Shown piece by piece: positions 13,881 through 23,743 of a stretch of DNA of 64,000 nt (positions are counted from its first letter, which is position 1; each line of letters starts with the position of its first letter). The position numbers and the translations under genes are program-made. This DNA is from Anaerolineae bacterium (GTDB lineage: Bacteria > Chloroflexota > Anaerolineae > B4-G1 > SLSP01), in NCBI GenBank assembly GCA_035415725.1, contig DAOOGN010000004.1, positions 7,353 through 71,352 of the forward strand, written 5' to 3'. The notes beneath the pieces are model-generated. The model saw only the letters and a program-made list of their open reading frames with translations, was not told where the DNA came from and did no database searches.

Positions 13881-15536
13881 ATGACAAAACGTATTGTTCA
13901 TCCCCCACGGGGTACACAACTGCACTGCAAAAACTGGCTGCTGGAAGCGCCATTTCGCATGCTCCAGCACAACCTCGATCCGGAAGTGGCGGGCGATCCC
14001 GATAATTTGATCGTTTACGGCGGACGAGGAAAGGCAGCCCGCAACTGGGAGGCGTTCGACGCCATCCTGGCGACACTGCAACAAATGGACGTGGACGACA
14101 CACTGCTGGTGCAGTCGGGCAAGCCGGTCGCCGTCTTCAAGACCTACGAGGACGCACCGCGCGTGCTCATCGCCAACTCCAACATCGTTCCGGCATGGGC
14201 CACCCAGGAGAATTTCGATCAATGGGAGCGCGCCGGGCTTATCATGTACGGGCAAATGACGGCCGGCTCGTGGATTTACATCGGCACGCAGGGCATCCTG
14301 CAAGGCACGTATGAGACATTGGGCGCGCTGGCCCGCCAGCACTTCGGCCCGCATGCCTCGCTCAAGGGGAAGTTCACGCTGACCGCCGGATTGGGTGAGA
14401 TGGGCGGGGCACAACCGCTGGCAATTACGATGAACGAGGGCGTGGGCCTCATCGTCGAAGTCGATCCGTGGCGCGCCGAGCGGCGGCTCAAGCACCGCTA
14501 CGTCAACGCCGTGATGGACGACCTCGACGCGGCACTGCGCACGCTCGAAGACTATCGCGCCAGGGGCGAAGCGTACTCCGTCGGCCTGATCGGCAATGCC
14601 GGCGATGTGTTCCCGGAGCTACTGCGGCGGGGCATCATCCCCGATGTAGTCACGGACCAGACGCCGGCGCACGACCCGCTGAGCTACGTCCCCAACGGGA
14701 TGACGCTGGCTGAAGCCGTGGCGCTGCGGCAGAGCGATCCGCGACGGTACCAGGCTGAAGCCATCCGCACGATGACCGAGCACTGCGCCGCGATGGTCGA
14801 GATGCAGAAGCGGGGCGCGGTGGTCTTCGATTACGGCAACAACCTGCGCCAACGCGCCTTCGACCACGGGTTGAGCGAGGCGTTCGACTACCCCGGTTTC
14901 GTCCCGGCCTACATCCGCCCGCTGTTCTGCGAGGGGAAAGGCCCGTTCCGCTGGGTGGCGCTCTCCGGCGATCCCAACGACATCTACGAAACCGACCGTA
15001 TCATCCTGCGCCTTTTCCCGGAGAACGAACACCTCGTCCGCTGGATCAAAATGGCGCAAGAGCAGATCGCCTGGCAGGGATTGCCCTCACGCATTTGCTG
15101 GCTTGGCTACGGCGAGCGCGCTCAGGCCGGCCTGGCCTTTAATGAGGCCGTCGCCACGGGGCGTATCACGGCGCCCATCGTCATCGGGCGCGATCACCTG
15201 GACGCAGGCTCCGTCGCCAGCCCCAACCGCGAGACCGAGGCTATGCGCGACGGTTCCGACGCCATCTCCGACTGGCCCATCCTGAACGCGCTCATCAACG
15301 CCGTCGGCGGCGCGACGTGGGTGAGCTTTCATCACGGCGGCGGCGTAGGCATCGGCTACTCGCAGCACGCCGGGCAGGTGATCGTGGCGGACGGGACGCC
15401 TGCCGCTGCGCGCCGTCTGGAGCGCGTCCTCACCACCGATCCGGGTCTGGGCGTCGTCCGCCACGCCGATGCCGGCTACGAAACGGCGATTCAATTCGGC
15501 AAAGCACACGGCATCTGGATGCCGATGCTGACGTAA
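13881..15536 (+). CDS. hutU: Urocanate hydratase
   Basis: [67 protein letters not shown]. Confidence 0.97.
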   Translation: MTKRIVHPPRGTQLHCKNWLLEAPFRMLQHNLDPEVAGDPDNLIVYGGRGKAARNWEAFDAILATLQQMDVDDTLLVQSGKPVAVFKTYEDAPRVLIANSNIVPAWATQENFDQWERAGLIMYGQMTAGSWIYIGTQGILQGTYETLGALARQHFGPHASLKGKFTLTAGLGEMGGAQPLAITMNEGVGLIVEVDPWRAERRLKHRYVNAVMDDLDAALRTLEDYRARGEAYSVGLIGNAGDVFPELLRRGIIPDVVTDQTPAHDPLSYVPNGMTLAEAVALRQSDPRRYQAEAIRTMTEHCAAMVEMQKRGAVVFDYGNNLRQRAFDHGLSEAFDYPGFVPAYIRPLFCEGKGPFRWVALSGDPNDIYETDRIILRLFPENEHLVRWIKMAQEQIAWQGLPSRICWLGYGERAQAGLAFNEAVATGRITAPIVIGRDHLDAGSVASPNRETEAMRDGSDAISDWPILNALINAVGGATWVSFHHGGGVGIGYSQHAGQVIVADGTPAAARRLERVLTTDPGLGVVRHADAGYETAIQFGKAHGIWMPMLT

Positions 15537-15563
15537 AACCGGCCATTGTCATTCCCAGGCCTG

Positions 15564-17237
15564 TCAGGGGTGGTGTCTGCGCAGATAATCCTCCCAATCC
15601 ACATATCCCTTCACCGTCCCCTCTTCCACCGCCCACACGCCCGTGGCAAACTGGCGGATGAAGTATCGGTCGTGCACCACCGCCAGCACCGTGCCCTCGA
15701 AAGCCGTCATCGCCTGCTCGAAGCTGGTACGGCTGGGAATGTCCAGGTGGTTAATCGGCTCATCCAGCAGCAGGCAGTTGCAGCCGCTGGCGACCAGCCG
15801 CGCCAGCACCAGCCGCGCGCGTTCGCCGTAGCTCAGGCGGCGCACCGGCACGAAGACGTCGTCTCCGGCGAAAAGGAAGTAATGCAGGAACGAACGCACA
15901 TCCGTGTCGGACATCACCGCCGCCTGGCGCAGTGTATCGAAGGGAGTGCTGTCGAGGTCGAGGTTCTCCTGTTCCTGGGCGTAGTAACCGAGTTGGACAT
16001 TCGCACCCCGGCGGATTGCGCCGGAGAGCGGCTCGATCTGCCCGATGATAGCGCGCAGCAGTGTCGTCTTGCCGCAGCCGTTTGGCCCGATGAGGACCAC
16101 GCGCTCGCCCTGCCGCAAGGTCTGGTTGACATCGTTGAGCAGGGGAACGCCGTTGTAGCCCACGGAGACGTCTTGTAGCCGCAGCACGTTCTGCCCACTG
16201 AGGGGCGTGTCCACGAATTCCAGCTTCATCCGCCAGGTAGAGGCGGGTTTTTCCACCCGCTCTGCGCTTTCCCGGTAACGTTCGAGCCGTTTCTCGCGGG
16301 AGATTGCTTTCCTGGCGACTTTTTTTGCATAGCGACGGGGTTGAGGATCGCCGGGGGTGGTGGTCAACTCGACGCTCATCGCCTGCATCTTCGTGCGGTG
16401 GATGTCGGCCTGCATGCGGCGGATCTCGGCCTGCTCGTCGCGCCACTGCGTCCATTGCTTCTCGCGCCGGCGCGTCCACGCTTCGATGTAGTCCGAATAG
16501 TTGCCCGGGTACGCGGTGATGGTATGCGTTAGCGGGTCAAGGTCGAGGATTTGGGTGACGGTGTTATCGAGGAAAGTGCGGTCATGGGAGACGATGAGCG
16601 CCGCGCCCTTATAATCCCGCAGCCAGCCTTCGAGCCATTCCAATGCACCGATGTCCAGGTGATTGGTGGGTTCGTCGAGCAGGAGCACCTGTGGATTTTG
16701 GATGAGCAGCCGCGCCAGGCCGAGGCGCGTTTTTTGTCCGCCGCTGAGATGGCTCACGGGCATGTTGAGCGGTACGTCGTCCAGGTCCAGTCCGGCGAGG
16801 ATGGCCTTGACGGTATGTTCCGGCGTCTGCCGCACTGCCAGCGCCTCCAGTTCGGCCAGCGCTTCGCCATAGGCATCCAGGAATGGCTGTGTTTGCTCCG
16901 CAGTGTGGGCAGAGGCCAGCGCGTCCGCCAACGCCGCGACGTGCTCTTCAAGGCTTTCCAGCGCGCGCTGTTCGGCGCGCAGGAGGTGATCCAACGTGGC
17001 GTCCTCGCCGTAGGTGAGACCTTGCTCCAGATAGCCCACGCGCAGGTCATGCGGGTCGCGGTGGACGGAACCGCCGTCCGCCGTTTCCTGCCCGGTGATG
17101 ATGCGCAGCAGCGTGGTCTTCCCGCAGCCGTTCGGCCCGATCAGGCCCACGTGCTCGCCGGGATTCAACGTCAACGAGACGTTGTCCAGAATGAGGACAT
17201 CGCCGTAGTGTTTAGTGATCTTCGAGACTTGTAACAT
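15564..17237 (-). CDS. ABC-F family ribosome-associated ATPase (possible ribosomal protection protein)
   Basis: Two NBDs (GPNGCGKTT twice; LSGGQKTR and LSYGERAR; DEPTNHLD and DEPINHLD), no TM segments, long inter-NBD linker. Start MLQVSKITK at 17237 preferred over ORF-track 17369. Confidence 0.9.
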   Translation of the reverse strand: MLQVSKITKHYGDVLILDNVSLTLNPGEHVGLIGPNGCGKTTLLRIITGQETADGGSVHRDPHDLRVGYLEQGLTYGEDATLDHLLRAEQRALESLEEHVAALADALASAHTAEQTQPFLDAYGEALAELEALAVRQTPEHTVKAILAGLDLDDVPLNMPVSHLSGGQKTRLGLARLLIQNPQVLLLDEPTNHLDIGALEWLEGWLRDYKGAALIVSHDRTFLDNTVTQILDLDPLTHTITAYPGNYSDYIEAWTRRREKQWTQWRDEQAEIRRMQADIHRTKMQAMSVELTTTPGDPQPRRYAKKVARKAISREKRLERYRESAERVEKPASTWRMKLEFVDTPLSGQNVLRLQDVSVGYNGVPLLNDVNQTLRQGERVVLIGPNGCGKTTLLRAIIGQIEPLSGAIRRGANVQLGYYAQEQENLDLDSTPFDTLRQAAVMSDTDVRSFLHYFLFAGDDVFVPVRRLSYGERARLVLARLVASGCNCLLLDEPINHLDIPSRTSFEQAMTAFEGTVLAVVHDRYFIRQFATGVWAVEEGTVKGYVDWEDYLRRHHP

Positions 17238-17345
17238 AGAGACCTCGTGAAACGTGATGCGTGGGTATAGTGCCAATGATGGGAAAGTGCTCGAGCCGGT
17301 CTCCGCCTGGGCCCGTCCACGCCTGGGCCGGCGGCTCCGCGTCCA

Positions 17346-17382
17346 CACAAACAAAAAGGCCGTGAGCAATGCCCACGGCCTT
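17346..17382 (-). terminator. Intrinsic terminator inside the ABC-F 5' leader (candidate attenuator)
   Basis: Minus strand AAGGCCGTG-GGCATTGCT-CACGGCCTT followed by TTTGTTT, about 110 bp upstream of the ABC-F start. Confidence 0.72.
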
Positions 17383-17410
17383 GTGATAACCTGCGATGAT
17401 GAAGCAGACG

Positions 17411-17476
17411 TCAGGACTGGAATCCATACCGGGATGCGGCATGCCCGTCGTGGAAAACGCCCTGCATCTCTGTCAT
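17411..17476 (-). CDS. Candidate leader peptide MTEMQGVFHDGHAASRYGFQS (21 aa)
   Basis: GGGAGGGAACAGGA upstream of ATG; stop lies about 30 nt before the terminator stem. Confidence 0.4.
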   Translation of the reverse strand: MTEMQGVFHDGHAASRYGFQS

Positions 17477-17550
17477 TCCTGTTCCCTCCCGGTGAATCTG
17501 ATCGTCTTGAGTCGGGTAGTCTGAAAATTGCCCGCTACGAGTGAAATTAT

Positions 17551-17674
17551 TAGGACTTACGCAAATTTCCGTTTGTAGTGACGGCTTCAGCCGTTCTTAG
17601 CTCCTCAGAGACGCCTGAAGGCGTCACTACAAATCCTCCGCCGCTTGATTCGAGCCAGGCTTGCGTAAGTCGTA
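17551..17674 (-). mobile_element. MITE family B copy
   Basis: 2 differences from the 13699 copy over the 122-bp core; flanked by 5-bp direct repeat ATTAT. Confidence 0.88.
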
Positions 17675-17705
17675 ATTATATGTCATCTTATGAGATTGTC
17701 AACCA

Positions 17706-17935
17706 GTCTATTCAGTCACCCTTGTCAGGCGGCAAAGGGGGCTTGGGGAAGGATTCATCATGGATTGATACGTCGGCTATAGGCGATGACCCTCTCGTTC
17801 CCCCAACTCCCTTCTCCCCCGCAAGCGGCAAAGCTGCCCGCCCCATCTCCTACAAAAATTCCCTTCTCCACAGGGAAGGGCGGCAGGGGGCTTATAGAAA
17901 CACGCCTGTCTCATCATCCGAGAGCACTTTGCATA
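17706..17935 (+). repeat. Degenerate family A element
   Basis: CTATTCAGTCACCCTTG start, GATGACCCTCTC, CCCTTCTCCCCCGCAAGCGG and TATAGAAACACG modules. Confidence 0.7.
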
Positions 17936-18009
17936 CGATACAGCGTTACTCCATATCCCGTTCGGTCGTCACTACATACTCCATTCGGGTGGAGGATGGA
18001 TAAGCCCCG

Positions 18010-18828
18010 TTACCTCCTCCAAAACTGGAAGAGGCGCAGACCTTCGCCGACCAATGTGAAGTTGAGGTTGAACAGACTGCCCACGAGCAGCACCCCCTGC
18101 CAGAACCCCCGGCTGACGGCAGTGTCGTTCACAAAGAACACCAGGATGAGCAGGAGGGTCAAGCCGGACATGGCATGCGCCATCCGCACGGCGCCTTCAG
18201 GCAGCAGGACTTCCAGGATCCCCCACCCGTCAAAGCCAGGAATCGGCAGCAGATTGAAAAGCAATCCAGTCAGTTGGAGGAAGGCAAGCAGGGCGATGCC
18301 GGCCCAGAAGTCGCGGTGGACAACCGAACCGGTGCTCGCCAGCCCGGTGATGAACGGCAGCAGCAGGACGAAGGCGCACAGCGCCGTCGCGGCCAGGCCG
18401 GCAGCGGAAGTGAGTCCACGTTTGCTCCTGCTGGGGATCGCCGCCGTGTTGATGTAGACCGCGCCGCCCGGCAGGCCGATGCCGCCCAGCGCCAGATAAA
18501 CCAGCGGCAGGACGATACTGTAGGCGACGTGGGTGTACTTGAAAGGGTTGAGCGTCAGGTAGCCCTTTTGCGCGACGCTCTTGTCGCCGGCCCAGTAGGC
18601 GGTCAGCGCGTGCCCGAATTCGTGCAACGACAGGCTGATCATCCACCCGCCGATGATAAAGAGCATGAAAATCAACGTCTCCACGGCTGCGGGCAAACCG
18701 CCGCGATAGATCAACAACCCCGCGAGCGCCGTGACGCCCACCATCGCGCCAAACACCATACTGATTCGCACCGGTGATGGCGGCTTTTGTGCTATTGGAT
18801 ACCCTGCATCTGTATCGAAAAAGTCCAT
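18010..18828 (-). CDS. Site-2 protease family (M50) membrane metalloprotease
   Basis: LHEFGHA zinc motif, NLLPIPGFDG motif, GAVYIN, AAG..A. Confidence 0.9.
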   Translation of the reverse strand: MDFFDTDAGYPIAQKPPSPVRISMVFGAMVGVTALAGLLIYRGGLPAAVETLIFMLFIIGGWMISLSLHEFGHALTAYWAGDKSVAQKGYLTLNPFKYTHVAYSIVLPLVYLALGGIGLPGGAVYINTAAIPSRSKRGLTSAAGLAATALCAFVLLLPFITGLASTGSVVHRDFWAGIALLAFLQLTGLLFNLLPIPGFDGWGILEVLLPEGAVRMAHAMSGLTLLLILVFFVNDTAVSRGFWQGVLLVGSLFNLNFTLVGEGLRLFQFWRR

Positions 18829-18835
18829 GTTGAGT

Positions 18836-18912
18836 CCCCAGTCGTTAGTCGTCAGTCTCTAGTCTCTCAATTTCCAATCTGTCCATTTCCAAATTTCCCA
18901 ATTTTCAATCTT
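18836..18912. repeat. Short tandem heptamer-like repeats
   Basis: AGTCGTT-AGTCGTC-AGTCTCT-AGTCTC followed by CAATTTC/CATTTC variants. Confidence 0.6.
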
Positions 18913-20091
18913 CTACAGCGCCCGCAGATACGCCGCCCACTGCTCCAGTCCTTCGTGCGGGGCCGGATAGTAGCCGTTGAGTTTGTAGACGCGCACGACC
19001 TGCGGCAGCAAATGCGTCACGACTTCGTAATTGATCGTCCCGGCCCAGCCGGCAACCTCCTCGGCAGTGATTTCCCCATCGTCCTGCCGTCCAATGGCGA
19101 CGACTTCATCGCCAACGCGAACGTCTGGGATGTCGGTCACTTCAACGATCATCTGATCCATGCAAATGCGCCCACGGATTGGCGCCCGCTGCCCGCGGAT
19201 GAGCATCGCGCCGCGATTGGAAGCGAGGCGCGGATAGCCGTCGCCGTAGCCGAGCGAGATCAGCGCTACGCGTATCGGTTGCGTGGCGACAAAGGTGCGT
19301 CCGTAGCTGATGGCCGCGCCCGGTTTGAGGTCGCGCACGTGGATGACGGTGGTCTTGAGCGAGAGGGCGCGTTGCAGTGGAAACGGCGGTGTACTCGCCG
19401 GCGAGGGCGACATGCCGTAGATGAGCAGTCCGGGGCGGACGGCCGCCATGTGCGCTTCCGGCAACGTCACCAGACCAGCGCTGTTGCATATATGCGGCAG
19501 GGGAATATGATAACCCAGGCGTTCCAGTTCGTCAAGCACGTCTCGAAAACGTTGCAACTGCCGCCGGGCGTCGGTCAAGTCTGTTTCATCGGCGGTGGCG
19601 AAGTGTGAGAAAAGCCCCTCAACCCACAAGTTCGGCAGCGAGGCGATGTAGCGCACAAAATCCACCGCCTTTTCCGGCTCCAGCCCGTAACGGCTCATCC
19701 CTGTGTCGATCTTGACATGGACAGGGGTTGGCTCTTCGGCGTGAGCCGAGATGAGCCGCGCGGTGTCCCAATCAACCAGCGTGGGGGTGATGTGGTTGCG
19801 CAGTACCAGATCCACGCCAGAAGGCGGGGTGTGACCCATCAACAGGATAGGCGCGGTGATACCGCTTTCGCGCAGGGTCACGGCGACCTGGATACGGTGA
19901 GCGGCCAGACGGCTGGCGCCGGCTTCCAAAGCCGTCCGCGAGATGGGCAGCAGGCCGTGGCCGTAGGCATTCGCCTTCACGCTGGCGATGATTTCTGTGT
20001 TTGGACCGACAAAAGCCTTGATAGCTCGAACGTTGTGGGCGATGGCATCGAGATCGATCTCTGCCCACGTGACGACACCGTCTGGAATCAT
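18913..20091 (-). CDS. alr: Alanine racemase
   Basis: VKANAYGHG (PLP lysine), HVKIDTGMSRYG, SHFATAD, SYGRTF, GYGDGYPR, GRICMDQ. Confidence 0.96.
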   Translation of the reverse strand: MIPDGVVTWAEIDLDAIAHNVRAIKAFVGPNTEIIASVKANAYGHGLLPISRTALEAGASRLAAHRIQVAVTLRESGITAPILLMGHTPPSGVDLVLRNHITPTLVDWDTARLISAHAEEPTPVHVKIDTGMSRYGLEPEKAVDFVRYIASLPNLWVEGLFSHFATADETDLTDARRQLQRFRDVLDELERLGYHIPLPHICNSAGLVTLPEAHMAAVRPGLLIYGMSPSPASTPPFPLQRALSLKTTVIHVRDLKPGAAISYGRTFVATQPIRVALISLGYGDGYPRLASNRGAMLIRGQRAPIRGRICMDQMIVEVTDIPDVRVGDEVVAIGRQDDGEITAEEVAGWAGTINYEVVTHLLPQVVRVYKLNGYYPAPHEGLEQWAAYLRAL

Positions 20092-20346
20092 CGTTAAGGG
20101 CTCCTCAACTCTCTTTAGGATGGCGCGTTGTCATGATCGCGCATCCCCCCATCATAACAGATTTTTACGAGCTTTCCAGACGGTATCCAGGGCTTTATCC
20201 GGGTTATTTTCCGTTTCTAGCCGATCGCCAGATCTGCGTGCGCCAGGGTTTTTTCTATCCCCCACGGGGATCTGGCGATTTCCTCGAAGCGAAAATGATT
20301 AGCTCCTGACGGTATTGGAGTCATGGGTTTGCAGTCTGACTGACGA

Positions 20347-21630
20347 CTACGGCAGAATCATCGCTTCGCGCTCGGGGCCAACGCTGATGAAGGTGACGGG
20401 CACACCGGTCAGTTCTTCGATGCGGGCGACGTAGGCCTGAGCGGCGGCGGGCAGGTTTTCACGACGGCGCACATGGCTGATGTCTTCCTCCCAGGACGGC
20501 CATTCTTCGTAAAGCGGGCGGCAGCGGGCGAGGGTTTCTGCGCCCCATTCGACGGGACAGCGCTCCAGACGCTCCCCATCCAGCTCGTAGGCCACGGCAA
20601 TGCGCAACGACGGCAGGCCGCTGAGGATATCCAGCTTGCTCAACGCGATGTCCGTCAGCCCGTTGACCTGGACGGCGTAACGCAGCAGCACGGCGTCGAG
20701 CCAACCGCAGCGCCGGGGACGACCGGTCGTGGTGCCGTACTCGTGACCGACCTCGCGGATATGTTCGCCAAGTGCATCCTCCAACTCGGTGGGGAAGGGG
20801 CCGGCGCCCACGCGCGTCGTGTAGGCCTTGGCGATGCCGATTACGCGCGTCACGTCCTTGGGTCCGATGCCCAGACCTGTCAGCGCCCCCCCGCTGACGG
20901 GTGAAGAACTGGTGACGTAGGGATAAGTTCCCAGGTTGAGGTCGAGCAGCGTCCCCTGCGCTCCTTCACCGACGACATGTTTGCCCTCGGCCAACGCCTG
21001 GCCCACCAGCGCGCTCCCGTCGACCAGATGCGGGGCGAGGATGCCGGCAGCTTGATGCAGCATGGAAACGATCTGGTCCACCGATTGGGCTTGCAAGCCG
21101 TAGAGGTTGACCAAACGCTCGTTGTGCGCTTCGGCCAGTGTGCCCACGGCCTCGGCGAAGAGGTTGGGGTCACGCATCTGCCCGGCGCGCAGTCCCACAC
21201 GCTGCGCTTTGTCGGCGTAGGTGGGGCCGATGCCGCGTTTTGTCGTGCCGATGGCTTCATAGCCACGCTTCAACTCCGACGCGCCGTCGAGCGCCTGGTG
21301 TGTGGGTAACACAAGGTGGGCGCCGGCGGCAAGCTTCAAATGCGCCGGGCTGACATCCAGGCCGATCTCGCGCAGTGTTTCCATTTCTTTCAACAGGACT
21401 AAAGGATTGACGACTGTGCCCGCGCCGATGAGACAGGTGACGTGGGGGTAAAGGATGCCGGAAGGGACGAGGTGCAGAGCCAGGTTGTGCCCTTCCGCGA
21501 TGACGGTATGTCCGGCGTTGTCGCCGCCGTTGAACCGGGCGACGATGTCGGCCTGAGCCGCAAAGTAATCCACGACCCGGCCTTTGCCTTCATCTCCCCA
21601 TTGCGCTCCGACAATCACTGTGACTGGCAT
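20347..21630 (-). CDS. purA: Adenylosuccinate synthetase
   Basis: GAQWGDEGKG, GGDNAGHT, GTTKRGIGPTY, EGAQG, TTTGRPRRCGWLD. Confidence 0.97.
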   Translation of the reverse strand: MPVTVIVGAQWGDEGKGRVVDYFAAQADIVARFNGGDNAGHTVIAEGHNLALHLVPSGILYPHVTCLIGAGTVVNPLVLLKEMETLREIGLDVSPAHLKLAAGAHLVLPTHQALDGASELKRGYEAIGTTKRGIGPTYADKAQRVGLRAGQMRDPNLFAEAVGTLAEAHNERLVNLYGLQAQSVDQIVSMLHQAAGILAPHLVDGSALVGQALAEGKHVVGEGAQGTLLDLNLGTYPYVTSSSPVSGGALTGLGIGPKDVTRVIGIAKAYTTRVGAGPFPTELEDALGEHIREVGHEYGTTTGRPRRCGWLDAVLLRYAVQVNGLTDIALSKLDILSGLPSLRIAVAYELDGERLERCPVEWGAETLARCRPLYEEWPSWEEDISHVRRRENLPAAAQAYVARIEELTGVPVTFISVGPEREAMILP

Positions 21631-21717
21631 AGTTCCCTCCTTAATGAGAATAGTTGCAAGTTGAGAAATCCGTGGACAAATTTCCATCCCTGGCGTGATG
21701 CCACAGGTTCATATACC

Positions 21718-22593
21718 TTACCCTAACAGCGTTCCCCCCTCGTCTGACTGCTCCCGGCCCTGCTTCTCCCAGTCGATGTCGTCGATGGAGTGAGTTTGGC
21801 GCCAGGCGGCGAAATCGGCCTCAATCTCGTCCGTCCACTTGGTATCCATCTGACTGGAGTTGTAGATGCCCTCGCGCAGCCGTTGATGGCTAAAGCGCTC
21901 ACGCAGATGTGTGCGCTCCGAGTGTTCGACAACTTCTTCAGCCAGATGGGGCGGAATGAAAAGGATGCCCGTCATGGTGCCCAGGACGACGTCGCCGGGC
22001 ATGCAGGTCGCCGCGCCGACACGGCATGGGACATTCATTCCCACCAGGGTCACATTGCGAATCGGCGTGGGATCGAATCCCTTGCAAAACGTGGAGAAAT
22101 TGCCGATCTCGACGATTTGCTGCGCGTCGCGGATGCCGCCGTAGATAACCTGCCCCCGGTGGGTGCGGCTGGCGATGGCGGTGGAGAGGTTCGCGCCGGA
22201 GTATGTGCCTTCGTAGACCTTGCCGAACAGGTCGATAACGATGACGTCGTCTTCAACCAGGGTTTCGATGACCCAGGAGTTCATGGCGCCAATGCGCTCT
22301 TCGACCTCGTGGCCGTAATCCATCAGATAATCGTGCAGGTCGGGGCGGTGCGGGACGAAGACGCCCGTCACGGCGCGGCCTACCAGCACAATTTCAGGGT
22401 GCAATTGCGTCCAGTTGCCCTCAAATTGGAAGTGATAGTCGTGTTGCCACAGCACAGACCAGGCTTCTTCGGTCACCACGCGCTGCATCCGACGCAGGAT
22501 GTCGTCCGGGACGCGGGGACGCCCATCGGGGAAACGTTCTCCTGTCCACAGTGGCGTTAGTTGGATAATATCTTCACGGTTGTCGAATTTCAT
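21718..22593 (-). CDS. RraA-family protein (probable aldolase/methyltransferase-like)
   Basis: GRAVT, DVIVIDLFG, GANLSTAI, IYGGIRD, PGDVVLG; AAGGGAG RBS. Confidence 0.8.
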   Translation of the reverse strand: MKFDNREDIIQLTPLWTGERFPDGRPRVPDDILRRMQRVVTEEAWSVLWQHDYHFQFEGNWTQLHPEIVLVGRAVTGVFVPHRPDLHDYLMDYGHEVEERIGAMNSWVIETLVEDDVIVIDLFGKVYEGTYSGANLSTAIASRTHRGQVIYGGIRDAQQIVEIGNFSTFCKGFDPTPIRNVTLVGMNVPCRVGAATCMPGDVVLGTMTGILFIPPHLAEEVVEHSERTHLRERFSHQRLREGIYNSSQMDTKWTDEIEADFAAWRQTHSIDDIDWEKQGREQSDEGGTLLG

Positions 22594-22651
22594 ATTGGAT
22601 TCTCCCTTATTGGATTGGTTATGCACGTATTGACACTCTACCATTTTCTCC

Positions 22652-23500
22652 TCACCCATTGCCGGTGGCGCCGAAGACGTCCAGGTAATGGCCGCAGCGT
22701 TCTATGAACGAGGTGGTGGCGACTTTGCCGAACGTGAAGTAGGGCATGTCTTCTGCGCGGGCAGCCTCGGTGAGACGGCGGGCCGTGGTGACGAAAAGAT
22801 CGGTGGCTACATTGACCTTCGAGATGCCCGCAGCGATGGCGTCGCGGAACTGTTGATCGGAGCAGCCGGAGCCGCCGTGCAAGGATAGGGGAATATCAAC
22901 CCGTGAGCGGATCTCACGGAGCAGGTCCAGGTCGAGATGTGGCTCGCCGGCATACAGTCCGTGGGCGGTGCCGATGGCAACGGCCAGGATGTCCACATCG
23001 GTTGCCGCCACGAAGCGTTCCACGTCGTCAGGATTGGTGAAGCCCTTGCGCTGCGCGCCGAATTCCTGATACTCGGCGCCGGATCCCACGTGACCCAACT
23101 CCGCTTCGACGGCCATGCCGACGGCGTGCGCCGCGCGTACAACAGCGCGCGTATTGGCGACGTTCTCCTCAAACGGCAGGCTGGAACCGTCATACATTAC
23201 GTCGGTGAAACCCAGAGCCATGGCCTTGATGCAGTGTTCAAAACTGCCACCGTGATCCAGTATCAACGACACCGGTACAGGCGACGCCTCCGCACGCGTG
23301 CGAATGTAGGCTGCAAACGGTCGGGCATTCAGTTGTTCCAGCACACCCGCATAGACGGCAACCATGACTGGAGCATGTTTTTCCTCTGCCGCGGCGAAGA
23401 TGCCGTCGATGCTGTACATATCGGCCGTGTCAAAAAGGGGGAGCGCGTAATGGTCGTGCTGCGCCCGTTTGAGATAAGGAAGAATTGAAACGAGTGACAT
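22652..23500 (-). CDS. Class II fructose/tagatose-bisphosphate aldolase
   Basis: ILDHG, VMYDGS, VEAELGHVG, AIGTAHG, LHGGSG, KVNVAT. Confidence 0.93.
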   Translation of the reverse strand: MSLVSILPYLKRAQHDHYALPLFDTADMYSIDGIFAAAEEKHAPVMVAVYAGVLEQLNARPFAAYIRTRAEASPVPVSLILDHGGSFEHCIKAMALGFTDVMYDGSSLPFEENVANTRAVVRAAHAVGMAVEAELGHVGSGAEYQEFGAQRKGFTNPDDVERFVAATDVDILAVAIGTAHGLYAGEPHLDLDLLREIRSRVDIPLSLHGGSGCSDQQFRDAIAAGISKVNVATDLFVTTARRLTEAARAEDMPYFTFGKVATTSFIERCGHYLDVFGATGNG

Positions 23501-23556
23501 AATTTAATCTCCTCTGCAAATAGTTTGATAGTCGTTAGTCAAGGAGTCCTTTAGTA

Positions 23557-23680
23557 CAGGACTTACGCAAGCCTGGCTTGCATCAAGCGACGGAGGGTTG
23601 GTAGTGCCGCCTTCAGGCGTCTCTTAGGAGCTAAGAGCGGCTGAAGCTGCCACTACCAACGGACATTTGCGTAAGTCCTC
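23557..23680 (+). mobile_element. MITE family B copy (more diverged)
   Basis: Intact TIRs; flanks AGTA / AGTC (3 of 4 match); lies between the PfkB kinase and aldolase genes. Confidence 0.85.
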
Positions 23681-23743
23681 AGTCTATCAGGACTGTATCT
23701 ACAACTGAAATGAAATACACCCCCAATGAAATCGTTTGCCGTG

